Assembly: GCA_041558415.1 (NCBI GenBank)
Contig: JBFFEY010000013.1
Location: 183-64,182 of the forward strand
From: Burkholderiales bacterium
GTDB taxonomy: Bacteria > Pseudomonadota > Gammaproteobacteria > Burkholderiales > SG8-39
Direction: 5' to 3'
Length of the DNA stretch: 64,000 bases
Both the position numbers and the translations under genes were made by a program. Shown one piece after another: positions 35,750 through 45,070 of this stretch; position 1 is the stretch's first letter, and each line of letters begins with the position of its first letter. The notes beneath the pieces are model-generated. The model was not told the DNA's origin. It did no database searches and saw only the letters and a list, made by a program, of their open reading frames with translations.

Positions 35750-36565
35750 CTAGAGCATCGCCCCCGGCTGGTCGAGCGCGTATTCGCTCAGCTGCGCCAC
35801 CAACCAGTCATAGGCCGCGTCCACCGAATCGGTGCGATACATCAGCTCGAGGTCCTCGGCGTTGATCGCGCCATGCCGCACCAGGGCGTCGAAATTGATC
35901 ACTTCGCGCCAGTACTCGGTGCCGAACAGCACGATCGGCATCGGCTTGGACATCTTCCGGGTCTGCACCAAGGTGAGCAGCTCGAACAGCTCGTCCATCG
36001 TGCCGAAGCCGCCCGGAAAGACGATCACCGCCTTCGCCAGGTAGGCGAACCAGAACTTGCGCATGAAGAAGTAGTGGAAATGGAAGGCGAGCTCGCGCGT
36101 GACGTAGGGGTTGTCGAACTCCTCGATCGGGATCGAGATCGTCAAGCCGACGTTCATGCCGCGCGCCTCGGCCGCGCCGCGGCTCGCCGCCTCCATGATG
36201 CCCGGCCCGCCGCCGGTGCAGACCACGAAGCGGCGCTCCTTGTGGTCGAGCGCCTTTGACCACTGCGTGAGCCGGAACGCGAGCTCGCGCGCGGCCTCGT
36301 AGTACACCGACATGCGCAGGTCGCGCTGCGCGCGCTCGGGATCGCCCTCTTCGAGCTGCGCCTGGCGCAATGCCGCCTCCGCCTCGTCGCGCGGCTTGAT
36401 GCGCGCCGAGCCCATGAAGACGATCGTGTCGTCGACCTTCTCGGCCTCGAAGCGGCTCTTCGGCTCGAGGTACTCGGCGAGGATGCGCAGGGGGCGCGCA
36501 TGCTTGCTGTTGAGGAAAGCCCGGTTGCGGTAGGCCTTGACGCCGCTGCGCCGTCGCTCGGTCAT
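35750..36565 (-). CDS. LOG-family (TIGR00730-type) nucleotide phosphoribohydrolase
   Basis: 271 aa. Motifs VCTGGGPGIMEA and PGGFGTMDELFE. Confidence 0.85.
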   Translation of the reverse strand: MTERRRSGVKAYRNRAFLNSKHARPLRILAEYLEPKSRFEAEKVDDTIVFMGSARIKPRDEAEAALRQAQLEEGDPERAQRDLRMSVYYEAARELAFRLTQWSKALDHKERRFVVCTGGGPGIMEAASRGAAEARGMNVGLTISIPIEEFDNPYVTRELAFHFHYFFMRKFWFAYLAKAVIVFPGGFGTMDELFELLTLVQTRKMSKPMPIVLFGTEYWREVINFDALVRHGAINAEDLELMYRTDSVDAAYDWLVAQLSEYALDQPGAML

Positions 36566-36609
36566 ACGTTAGCTTCTTCCAGAGTTATCCACAGGGGTCG
36601 ACCCCCAGT

Positions 36610-38538
36610 CTAAATCTTCTCGAGGCGGGCCTGATTCTCGAGCCACTCGGCTTCGAGCTGGGCGAGCTCGCGCGCAACATAGGCCTGGTCGAGCAGCAGC
36701 TGTTTCAGCTCTTCCTTGCCCTCGTCCTGGTACAGGCTGGGGTCGGCCAGGCGCGCGTCAATCTCGGTCTTGCGCGCACCGATCTTGTCGAGCTGCGCTT
36801 CCAGGCGCTTGAGACGCGACTCGATCGGCTTGCGCACCGCTGATAGGCGCTGACGCGACTCGGCGGCCTCGCGACGCTCGACCCGCCGCGTGGCGCCGTC
36901 GTCCGCACGCAGCATCGCCGCGGCCGCGGTCTGCGGTTTTGCAGGCGCGCCGCGCCCGAGCAGCCAGTCGCGGTAGTCGTCGAGGTCGCCGTCGAAGGCC
37001 TGCAGGCCGCCGTCGCGCACGATGAGCAGCTGCTCGGTCGTCGCGCGCAGCAGGTGCCGATCGTGCGACACCAGCACCAGCGTGCCCTCGAACTGCGCGA
37101 GCGCCACGGTGAGCGCCTCGCGCGTCTCGAGGTCGAGATGGTTGGTGGGCTCGTCGAGCAGCAGCAGGTTGGGCCGCTGCCAGACGATCAGGGCGAGCGC
37201 GAGCCGCGCCTTTTCGCCGCCGGAGAAATGCGTGATCGGGCCGGTCGCCATCTCGCCGGGGAAGTTGAAGCCGCCCAGGTAGTCGCGCAGCGCCTGCTCG
37301 CGCGCGTCGGGCGACGCGCGCCGCAGGTGCCACAGCGGCGATTGGTCGTCGCGCAGCATCTCGACCTGCTGCTGCGCGAAGTAGCCGATGGCGAGGCCCT
37401 TGCCGTAGACCGCGCTGCCCGCGAGCGGCGCGAGCTCGCCGGCGATGGTCTTGATGAGCGTCGACTTGCCGGCGCCGTTGACGCCGAGCAGTCCGTAGCG
37501 CTCCCCGGCCTGCAGCGAAAAGCGCACCCCGCGCAGCACCCGCCTGTCGGTGCCGCCGGCCTCGGCGTTGCGGTAGCCGGCGTCGACGTCTTCCAGCACC
37601 AGCAGCGGGTTGGGCGCGCGCCGCGGCTCGAAGAATTCGAAGGCGAACGGCGCCGAGACGTGCAGCGGCGCGAGGTCTTCCATCTTTTCCAGCATCTTCA
37701 TGCGGCTCTGCGCCTGCCGCGCCTTGGTCGCCTTGGCGCGGAAGCGGTCGATGAACGACTGCAGGTGTGCGCGCTCGCGCGCCTGCTTGGCCTGCTGCGC
37801 GGCGGCGAGCACCAGCGCCTGCGCACGCTGGCGCTCGAAGCTCGAGTAGTCGCCGCCGTAGCGGCGCAGCTTCCTTTGGTCGATGTGCACGATGACGTTC
37901 ACCACCGCATCGAGGAAGTCGCGATCGTGCGAGACGACGAGCAGCGTGCCGCGATAGCGCCGCAGCCAGTCCTCCAGCCAGATGATGGCATCCAGGTCGA
38001 GATGGTTGGTCGGCTCGTCGAGCAGCAGCAGCTCGGAGGGGCACATCAGCGCCTGCGCCAGATTGAGTCGCATGCGCCAGCCGCCCGAGAAGCGCGCCAC
38101 CGGCCAGGCCAGCTCCTCGACCTTGAAGCCGAGTCCCATCAGCAGCTGCTCGGCGCGCGCCTGCGCCGTGTAGGCGTCGGCGTCGCCGAGCGCGGCATGC
38201 AGCTCGGCGATGCGCGTACCGTCGTTCTGCGCCTCGGCCTGCGTCAGCTCCGCCTGCAGCCGGCGCAGTCCCGCGTCACCGTCCATGACGTAGTTCACGG
38301 CGCTGCACTCGACTGCTGGCATCTCCTGCGCGACGTGCGCGAGGCGCCATTGCGCCGGAACTTCGGCATCGCCTTTGTCGGCGTGCAGCTCGCCACGCAG
38401 CAGTGCAAACAGGCTCGACTTGCCCGAGCCGTTGGCGCCGATCAGGCCGACGTGCTCGCCGGTCTGGAGGGCGAGGTCGGCGCCTTCGAGCAGCGGCTGG
38501 GTGCCGCGGATCAGCGTGAGATTCGAGATGCGGATCAT
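36610..38538 (-). CDS. ABC-F family ATPase (YheS-like, two ABC domains, no transmembrane domain)
   Basis: 642 aa. Two Walker A motifs (GANGSGKS, GVNGAGKS), two LSGG signatures, and a C-terminal coiled coil. Confidence 0.9.
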   Translation of the reverse strand: MIRISNLTLIRGTQPLLEGADLALQTGEHVGLIGANGSGKSSLFALLRGELHADKGDAEVPAQWRLAHVAQEMPAVECSAVNYVMDGDAGLRRLQAELTQAEAQNDGTRIAELHAALGDADAYTAQARAEQLLMGLGFKVEELAWPVARFSGGWRMRLNLAQALMCPSELLLLDEPTNHLDLDAIIWLEDWLRRYRGTLLVVSHDRDFLDAVVNVIVHIDQRKLRRYGGDYSSFERQRAQALVLAAAQQAKQARERAHLQSFIDRFRAKATKARQAQSRMKMLEKMEDLAPLHVSAPFAFEFFEPRRAPNPLLVLEDVDAGYRNAEAGGTDRRVLRGVRFSLQAGERYGLLGVNGAGKSTLIKTIAGELAPLAGSAVYGKGLAIGYFAQQQVEMLRDDQSPLWHLRRASPDAREQALRDYLGGFNFPGEMATGPITHFSGGEKARLALALIVWQRPNLLLLDEPTNHLDLETREALTVALAQFEGTLVLVSHDRHLLRATTEQLLIVRDGGLQAFDGDLDDYRDWLLGRGAPAKPQTAAAAMLRADDGATRRVERREAAESRQRLSAVRKPIESRLKRLEAQLDKIGARKTEIDARLADPSLYQDEGKEELKQLLLDQAYVARELAQLEAEWLENQARLEKI

Positions 38539-38588
38539 GCGGCGCGCGATTCTACCGAATCACGCCTGCGCTTCTGCGCATTGGCCGC

Positions 38589-40352
38589 CTAGCGCGGGAA
38601 CAGACCGGCGTCGCGCAGCACGCCAAAGTAGTGATCACGCTGCGCCGCGTCGAGGAAGGGTTGCGTCGCCGCGAGCCGCTCGTACGACAGCTCCGGCTCC
38701 TCGGCGCGAATCTCCCGCGCCGTCGCCTGTGCCTCTGCGACGCGGCCCAGACTCTGCTGCACGGCGGCACGCAACACCTTCGCCAGCACCAGATCGGGTG
38801 ACGCTTCAAGCACACGCTCGAGCGTCGCAAGTGACTGCTGCGTGCGCCCGCCGAAGTACTCCGCGACGGCCGTCACATAGAGGTACCAGCCCGGAAACAC
38901 CGGGTTCAGCGTGATCGCCTCCTGGGCGTGCTTGATCGCCGAACCGAACTTGCCGCTGTAGACCTCCATGTAGGCGAGCCCCGCGCGCGGGCCGGAGCAC
39001 ATCGGCCGAATATCCAGCGCCTGCTGACCCTCGTTCAGCGCTTCCTGGTGCAGACCGTTGAAGAGGGAAACAAATCCCTTCACGTAATGCCCGCCTGCCA
39101 CTGCCGCGTCGAGCTCCAGTGCGCGATCCGCCAGGCGCCCCGCCTCGGCGAGCGACGCACGCGCATCGCGACTCCATCCGAACATGACTTCCTGAATGTA
39201 GGTGCCTGCCGCGCTCGCATGCGCTTGCGCCGACTCCGGCTCGAGCCGGATCGCCTCAAGAAAATGCTCGCGCGCACGGCGCACGTTCGCCGGCGAGGGC
39301 TGGAAGTATGCCTCCTGCCCGCGAAAAAACGCCTCGCGCGCCGCGGGGGACTTGACCGCCTTGCGCCAGACGCGCGCGTCCTCGCCGCGAGCGAGCTTCA
39401 CGTCCAAAGCGGTAACGATGTCCTCGGCGATCTCATCGCCCATGAGAAACGCGTCGCCCGCGTCACGATCGTAGCGATTGGCCCAGACATGCGTTCCCGC
39501 GTCGGCCTCGATCAGCTGGGTGCTCACCCGCACGCGCGCGCCCGAGCGACGGACGCTGCCTTCGAGGACGTAGCGCACGCCGAGTTCGCGTCCTACCTGG
39601 CGCAAGTCCGTTCGCCTGCCCTTGTAAACGAACGACGACTGCCGGCCGACCACCGCCAACCCGCTGATCTTCGACAGGTCGGTGATGATGTCCTCCGCGA
39701 TGCCATCGCAGAAGTATTCCTGCTCCGGATCGCCGCTCATGTTTTCGAAGGCGAGCACCGCAATCGTCGGCTTGCCGGTGGCGATCGACGCCGCGGGCGC
39801 GGCACCCGCGACCCCAATTGATCCCTCCGTGCGCAGCGTGAAAACGCGCACCGGGTGCGGAATGTTTTTGACCGCATGCGCGCCGCGGTCCTCGAATTCG
39901 ACAGCGACGCGATTGCGCAGCGCCGCCTCGACGGCCTCCGATACCGTGATACCGCCCGGCTCGGCGAGGCCCTCCAACCGCGCGGCGACGTTCACCCCGT
40001 CGCCATACACCGTGCCATCGTCTTTCTCGATCACGTCGCCGAGATGCACCCCGATGCGAAAGCGCATGCGCTGCTCTTCCGGCGGCACCGGCGCAGGCGC
40101 CCCCAACGCCGCCTGAATCTCCAGTGCCGCATTGACGGCGCCGACCGCGGTATCGAACACCGCAAGCACCGAGTCGCCGGCCATGTCGACCACACGACCG
40201 CCATGCGCCGTGATTCGCGCGCGGAACACCGCGCGCGCGGCGTCCAGCGCTGCGACCGTGCCCGGCTCGTCCGCGGCCATCAGGCGCGAGTAGCCGACGA
40301 CGTCCGCGGCGAGAATCACCGTGAGTCTTTGCCGGAGACCACTGCCGCTCAT
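38589..40352 (-). CDS. Class III cyclase domain - TolB-N-like - TPR protein (paralog 2)
   Basis: ORF 38589..40415. The preferred start is MSGSGLRQRLTVILAADVVGYSRLM. Motifs RVVDMAGDSVLAVF, GTVYGDGVNVAARLEG and IAVLAFENMSGDPEQEYFCDGIAEDIITDLSK. Confidence 0.85.
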   Translation of the reverse strand: MSGSGLRQRLTVILAADVVGYSRLMAADEPGTVAALDAARAVFRARITAHGGRVVDMAGDSVLAVFDTAVGAVNAALEIQAALGAPAPVPPEEQRMRFRIGVHLGDVIEKDDGTVYGDGVNVAARLEGLAEPGGITVSEAVEAALRNRVAVEFEDRGAHAVKNIPHPVRVFTLRTEGSIGVAGAAPAASIATGKPTIAVLAFENMSGDPEQEYFCDGIAEDIITDLSKISGLAVVGRQSSFVYKGRRTDLRQVGRELGVRYVLEGSVRRSGARVRVSTQLIEADAGTHVWANRYDRDAGDAFLMGDEIAEDIVTALDVKLARGEDARVWRKAVKSPAAREAFFRGQEAYFQPSPANVRRAREHFLEAIRLEPESAQAHASAAGTYIQEVMFGWSRDARASLAEAGRLADRALELDAAVAGGHYVKGFVSLFNGLHQEALNEGQQALDIRPMCSGPRAGLAYMEVYSGKFGSAIKHAQEAITLNPVFPGWYLYVTAVAEYFGGRTQQSLATLERVLEASPDLVLAKVLRAAVQQSLGRVAEAQATAREIRAEEPELSYERLAATQPFLDAAQRDHYFGVLRDAGLFPR

Positions 40353-40421
40353 GCGCGCCCGTCTCGACCCGCTGTCTTGAGGAGTCTGGATGTTACCCCC
40401 TCGACCGATCGACAATGCGGA

Positions 40422-42209
40422 TCACTCGGGCAGCCCCGCCTTCACCAGCGCCTGCTGCACCTGCCCGCAATGCTGCCGATCGGCGAAAAACAGCGTGCGA
40501 CAGAACTCCGCTGCGCGAAAGTCGGGCTTGAGGCGCAGGACTTCCGCGCGCGACGCCTGCGCGCCCGCTGCGTCATCGAGCTGCGCCTGACAGGCCGCGA
40601 CGTAGGCGTGATGGCCGTAGCGCATCGCCGGCAGGCGCCAGAACGCCTGCACGGCCTCGGCGTAACGCCCCGCGCCGAACAGCGCGCGCCCGAGCAGGTG
40701 CGCCCAGATGTGCGCCTCGTGCGGATCGAGCCGCATCGCGCGCTCGATCCAATCGATGCCCTCCTCGGCGCGGCCGAGCCAGGTCAGAATCTCGCCACGC
40801 TGCGCGAGCAGGCGCGGATCGCTCGGATTGAGGCCCAGCAGCTTGTCGCTCATCAGCAGCGCCTCGTCGAGCCGTCTCTGCATGATGCGGAATTCGCAGA
40901 TGATGCGCAGGCACTCGAGATCGTTATCATCGATCGACAGGCCGTGCTCGACGCTGCGCAGCACCTCTTGCTCTGTCTCGGCTGAGTACCGCTTGTAGCC
41001 TCGTGCCATCGCCTGCGTCAGCGTGCATCCGTGCCAGCCGTAGGCGGCCGCGTAGTTCGGATCGATCTGAATCGCCTGCTCGAGCAGCTGCAGGCCGAGC
41101 GCGTTGTCCTCGGCGGTGCCGCTGTGGTGACAGAGCTTGGCGCGCAGCACCCGGTCGTAGACGCTCATGTCGGCCGGCTTCTTGCGCTTGACGAGCTCGA
41201 GCTGCGCGTCCTCGACGCGGCTCGGCAGAGCCGCAACGATGTGCCGTGTCAGCTCGTCCTGCAGCTCGAATATGTCCACCAGCTCCCGGTCGAAGCGCTC
41301 GGCCCAGACGTTCTTGCCGCTTTCTGCTTCGATCAGCTGCACGTTGACGCGCACCCGCGCGCCGCCCCTACGCACGCTGCCTTCGACGACATAGCGCACG
41401 CCGAGGTCGCGCGCGACGTCCTGCACGCGCGCCGCCTTGCCCTTGTAGACGAACACCGAGTTGCGTGCGACGACGGTAATCGCCTGAAAGCGGGCGAGCT
41501 CGGTAATGATGTCCTCGGTGATGCCGTCGGCGAAGTAATCCTGCTCCGGATCGCCGCTCATGTTGGCGAATGGCAGCACCGCGATCGATGGCTTTGCCGC
41601 AAGCAGAAGATGGCCAAGCCCGCCCGCGGCCGACGGCGCCGGGCGGGTGCCGCGCTCGCCGGGCCGCAGCCGGTACGCACGCACCGGCTCGGCGATGTTT
41701 TTCACCTGCTGCTCGCCCTGGTCCTCGAATCCGGCGTCGACCTTGCCGCGCACCGCGCTGCGCACCGACTCGGATACCGCGATGCCCCCGGGCGGCGCCA
41801 GGCCTTCCAGGCGCGCGGCGATGTTCACCCCGTCGCCGTAGACCGTGCCGTCGGCTTTTTCGATGATCTCTCCGAGATGGATCCCGATGCGGAAGCGCAT
41901 GCGGCGCTCTTCGGGAACCTCAGCGCCGCCGGCCTCGAGCGCCTGCTGGATCGCGAGTCCGGCGGCCACCGCGCCGGTTGCCAGCTCGAACACCGCGAGC
42001 ACCGAGTCCCCGGCCATATCGATCACACGGCCCTGCTGCGCCTCGATCTTCGTCCGGAACACCGCGCGTGCGGCGTCGAGCGCCGCCACGGTCGCGCGCT
42101 CATCCAGCGACATCAGGCGCGAATAGCCAGCGACGTCCGCCGCCAGGATCGCCGCCAGCCGCTGCCTCAGTTCAGTCCCGCGCATCCGCCCGAAATTCGT
42201 GTCTGCCAT
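40422..42209 (-). CDS. Class III cyclase domain - TolB-N-like - TPR protein (paralog 3)
   Basis: Track ORF 40422..42839 trimmed to MADTNFGRMRGTELRQRLAAILAADVAGYSRLM (residue 211, cat 42207-42209). Motifs RVIDMAGDSVLAVF, GTVYGDGVNIAARLEG and a TPR tail. Confidence 0.85.
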   Translation of the reverse strand: MADTNFGRMRGTELRQRLAAILAADVAGYSRLMSLDERATVAALDAARAVFRTKIEAQQGRVIDMAGDSVLAVFELATGAVAAGLAIQQALEAGGAEVPEERRMRFRIGIHLGEIIEKADGTVYGDGVNIAARLEGLAPPGGIAVSESVRSAVRGKVDAGFEDQGEQQVKNIAEPVRAYRLRPGERGTRPAPSAAGGLGHLLLAAKPSIAVLPFANMSGDPEQDYFADGITEDIITELARFQAITVVARNSVFVYKGKAARVQDVARDLGVRYVVEGSVRRGGARVRVNVQLIEAESGKNVWAERFDRELVDIFELQDELTRHIVAALPSRVEDAQLELVKRKKPADMSVYDRVLRAKLCHHSGTAEDNALGLQLLEQAIQIDPNYAAAYGWHGCTLTQAMARGYKRYSAETEQEVLRSVEHGLSIDDNDLECLRIICEFRIMQRRLDEALLMSDKLLGLNPSDPRLLAQRGEILTWLGRAEEGIDWIERAMRLDPHEAHIWAHLLGRALFGAGRYAEAVQAFWRLPAMRYGHHAYVAACQAQLDDAAGAQASRAEVLRLKPDFRAAEFCRTLFFADRQHCGQVQQALVKAGLPE

Positions 42210-42356
42210 GCGGAGAGCCGATAGTAACGCTCCAGGCAATACAATGGCGCCTGGCCGTGGCTTGAGGAGCCTCTGGTGCCGCGCTCGCGCATGCGCGCCA
42301 AAAGCCGCATCACCGGCGCCCGGCTGTGGATCGAAAACCTGTAACACCCTGAGGCG

Positions 42357-43562
42357 ATGCAACGCGAAACCCTCTCCGAGACGATCCCGCTCGACGTCGA
42401 AACCGAGACGTATCTCGCGCGCGCACGCGCGATTGCGCCGCGCATCCTCGACGCGGCACAGGAAATCGAAGGCACGCGCCGCATTCCCGACGAGCTGCTC
42501 GGCGCGCTGCACGCGGCGGGGCTGTATCGCATGTTCATCCCGCGCCGCTACGGCGGCGGCGAAGTCCACCCGCTCACCTTCATGCGCACGGCTCAGGCGA
42601 TCGCGCGCGCCGATGCCAGCACGGCCTGGAACATCGGCCAGAACGCGGTGTGCGCCATCGTTGCCGCCTACCTCGAGCCGCAGGTGGCGCAGGAGATCTT
42701 TGGCGACCCGCGCGCGGTGCTCGCCTGGGGACCGGCACAGGGCCCGGTGCGTGCGGTCGCCTGCGAAGGCGGTTATCGTGTCACCGGCCGCTGGGCGTTC
42801 GCGAGCGGCATGCGCCAGGCCACCTGGCTCGGGCCGCAATGCCCGGTGTTCGAGGCCGACGGCAGTCCGCGGCGTACGGGCGAGGAACGCATGCGCAAGC
42901 GCGTCTTTCTCATCCCTGCATCGGTCGCGCGCGTGGAAGACGTCTGGGACGTGATCGGGTTACGCGGCACCGCGAGCGACGCCTTCGCGGTCGAGGACCT
43001 GTTCGTGCCCGAGGCCCACAGCGTTCACCGCGAGAGCCCGGTGGAGAACCGCGAGCCGGGCTGGCTGTACTGCTTTTCGATCCACAACCTCTTTTCCTGC
43101 GGTTTCGCCAGCATCGCGCTTGGTGTGGCACAGGCAATGCTCGAAGCCCTCATCGACCTGGCGGCGCACAAAGTGCCGCGCGGCATGCGCAGCACGCTGC
43201 GCGACAACGCGGTGGTGCAGGGCGGCGTAGCGCGCGCGCGTGCCAAGCTTGAGTCCTCGGAGGCCTACCTGCTGCACTCCGTGGCGGAGATCTGCGACGC
43301 CGTGCAGGCGACGCGCGAGGTGACGCTGGCACAGCGCATGCGTATCCGCCTCGCCTCGACGCACGCGATCCATGCTGCGCGCGAGGCCGGCGATTTCGTC
43401 TACGAGGCGGCGGGCGCGACCGCCGTGTTCGCCGCCAATCCTTTCGAACGCCGCTTCCGCGACCTGCACGCCATCGCCCAGCAGCTGCAGGGGCGCGCGG
43501 CGCACTTCGAGACCGTGGGGCAGTACCTGCTCGGCCTCGAGGCCGACACGACGTTTCTCTGA
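42357..43562 (+). CDS. Acyl-CoA dehydrogenase-fold flavoprotein (possibly a monooxygenase-type member)
   Basis: 401 aa. IPDELLGALHAAGLYRMFIPRRYGG, GRWAFASG and GLRGTASDAF are typical of the ACAD-fold hydroxylase/dehydrogenase group. Confidence 0.7.
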   Translation: MQRETLSETIPLDVETETYLARARAIAPRILDAAQEIEGTRRIPDELLGALHAAGLYRMFIPRRYGGGEVHPLTFMRTAQAIARADASTAWNIGQNAVCAIVAAYLEPQVAQEIFGDPRAVLAWGPAQGPVRAVACEGGYRVTGRWAFASGMRQATWLGPQCPVFEADGSPRRTGEERMRKRVFLIPASVARVEDVWDVIGLRGTASDAFAVEDLFVPEAHSVHRESPVENREPGWLYCFSIHNLFSCGFASIALGVAQAMLEALIDLAAHKVPRGMRSTLRDNAVVQGGVARARAKLESSEAYLLHSVAEICDAVQATREVTLAQRMRIRLASTHAIHAAREAGDFVYEAAGATAVFAANPFERRFRDLHAIAQQLQGRAAHFETVGQYLLGLEADTTFL

Positions 43563-43569
43563 GACCCGC

Positions 43570-44325
43570 TCAGGGCGCGAGCGGCGGGTCGCGGTCGGCG
43601 GGCACGCCCGCAAGGAACCGGTGATACGCGGCCGCGCGGTTGATGAGCGCTCTGGGATCCTGTTCGAGCGTGCCGCTGCGCACGGCGGACAGCGTGTAGA
43701 CCGCCCAGATGCCCGGCTCGACGCGATCGAGAAAATGGATCACACGCATTGCCTCGGGGGCGTACAGCGTGAAGAGCAGGAAGCGGAGCGCCGACGCATT
43801 TTCACTCTCGATGACGAGGCGATTCTTCCCGATGCGTCGGCAGACCAGTCGATACTGGTTCAGGCCGGTCGAGCGCGTATCGCGCTGTGCGGTGTACAGC
43901 GTGCGGCCGCTCAGCACTTCCTCTGCGACGAAATCGCTGCGGCGCCGCTCCGGATCCGGCCCGCTGAGCGCAAACGCCTCGTCCAGCAGCGTGCGCCAGT
44001 CCTGGTCGGTCACCGACCAGTAGCGCAGGCCCTTGGTCTTCGAGATGGCGCCGATGCGCCGCGCCATGTCCTCGACCGACAGCGGCGAACCGAAGCGCCC
44101 CGCCAGCGCGACGACCACCGCCATGCGCTCGCGCAGCGCGCCAAGGCAGGCAGGCGCACGCGAAAGGTCGGCGTCGCGCCAGGCGGCGACCGCCGGCGCA
44201 CCGTTCACCGGCCCGTAAGCCGGATGCACCTCGGCACCTGCCGAGTCGCAGGGCGGCACCGGATTCGCCTGCGCGGCCGCGCACAGCGCGAGCAACAGGA
44301 CGGCGCCTGCGACGCGATTTCGCAT
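43570..44325 (-). CDS. Secreted protein, unrecognised family; last gene of the amidoligase operon
   Basis: Track ORF trimmed to MRNRVAGAVLLLALCAAAQA (signal peptide, cat 44323-44325). It starts 5 nt downstream of the preceding stop. Confidence 0.55.
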   Translation of the reverse strand: MRNRVAGAVLLLALCAAAQANPVPPCDSAGAEVHPAYGPVNGAPAVAAWRDADLSRAPACLGALRERMAVVVALAGRFGSPLSVEDMARRIGAISKTKGLRYWSVTDQDWRTLLDEAFALSGPDPERRRSDFVAEEVLSGRTLYTAQRDTRSTGLNQYRLVCRRIGKNRLVIESENASALRFLLFTLYAPEAMRVIHFLDRVEPGIWAVYTLSAVRSGTLEQDPRALINRAAAYHRFLAGVPADRDPPLAP

Positions 44326-44329
44326 GCGC

Positions 44330-45070
44330 TCAGCGTTGCTCGAGCACCACCACCCAGGGCCGCGCCGCAGTCGGCACCGCGCGACCCTCGGCATCCAGGG
44401 CAACGCGTGTAAGGGATACCGCATCGCTCACATTGCCGCCGATCGCGTCGAGCTCGCCCGCACGCTGCTCGACGACCAGGTCGCAGTGATAGGCACCGCG
44501 GCGCAGATCGGCGAATTCGCGCACCTCCGCGACGAAGGCCTCGCCGCGCGGCGCGCAAATGAGGTCGCCGATCCGAGGCGCGTAGGCGCGCGCGTCGCGC
44601 GCGACGAAGCGGCGGCTGTCGCCATTCAACGCATGCGCGATGTAGTCCCAGTGCAGCACCGTCGGGGGGAAAGCGTCGCGCGACAACCCGGCGCTCGTCG
44701 CCAGCCAGCTGATGAAGGCCGCGGACCAGGGCCGCAGTTCGCCCTGCAGGCCGACGATCGGCTGGCTGCTCACCGCGTACCAGTAGGTCAGCACGCGCGA
44801 CAGCATCGGCCCCTGCACCTCGTGCGTCGCCTCGACGCCGGGTGGAAACTCGAGAAACGATTCGGCGCCGTTGTCGATCACCACCGGACGGCCGAACAGC
44901 GTCCATTCCTGGCGCGCGAGGAACACCATGCGGGCGCGCGCGTCGGGCACGACGAAGTTCGGCAGGATGTCATCCGACGGCGTGAGGCGCGGCACGCGCT
45001 CAGGCGGCTTGACCGCGCAGCCCGCGGCGAACACGAGCGCCAGGAACGGTGCGAGGAGACGCGACCTCAT
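44330..45070 (-). CDS. DUF2272-like lipoprotein
   Basis: Track ORF 44330..45832 trimmed to MRSRLLAPFLALVFAAGC (lipobox). Motifs RPWSAAFISWLATSAG, AYHCDLVV and IGGNVSD. The ATG overlaps the upstream stop (ATGA 45067-45070). Confidence 0.6.
   Translation of the reverse strand: MRSRLLAPFLALVFAAGCAVKPPERVPRLTPSDDILPNFVVPDARARMVFLARQEWTLFGRPVVIDNGAESFLEFPPGVEATHEVQGPMLSRVLTYWYAVSSQPIVGLQGELRPWSAAFISWLATSAGLSRDAFPPTVLHWDYIAHALNGDSRRFVARDARAYAPRIGDLICAPRGEAFVAEVREFADLRRGAYHCDLVVEQRAGELDAIGGNVSDAVSLTRVALDAEGRAVPTAARPWVVVLEQR

Noticed and set aside
36585-36605. A perfect DnaA-box consensus TTATCCACA (36585-36593), immediately followed by the 12-bp palindrome GGGGTCGACCCC, in the 44-nt gap between the LOG gene start and the ABC-F stop.
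   Set aside because: It is a single box with no cluster of boxes, no AT-rich unwinding element and no dnaA, dnaN or gidA nearby, so it is not an origin. One occurrence of a 9-mer in 128 kb of two-strand sequence can arise by chance. At most it is a DnaA-titrating or regulatory site for the LOG promoter, which I cannot support further.
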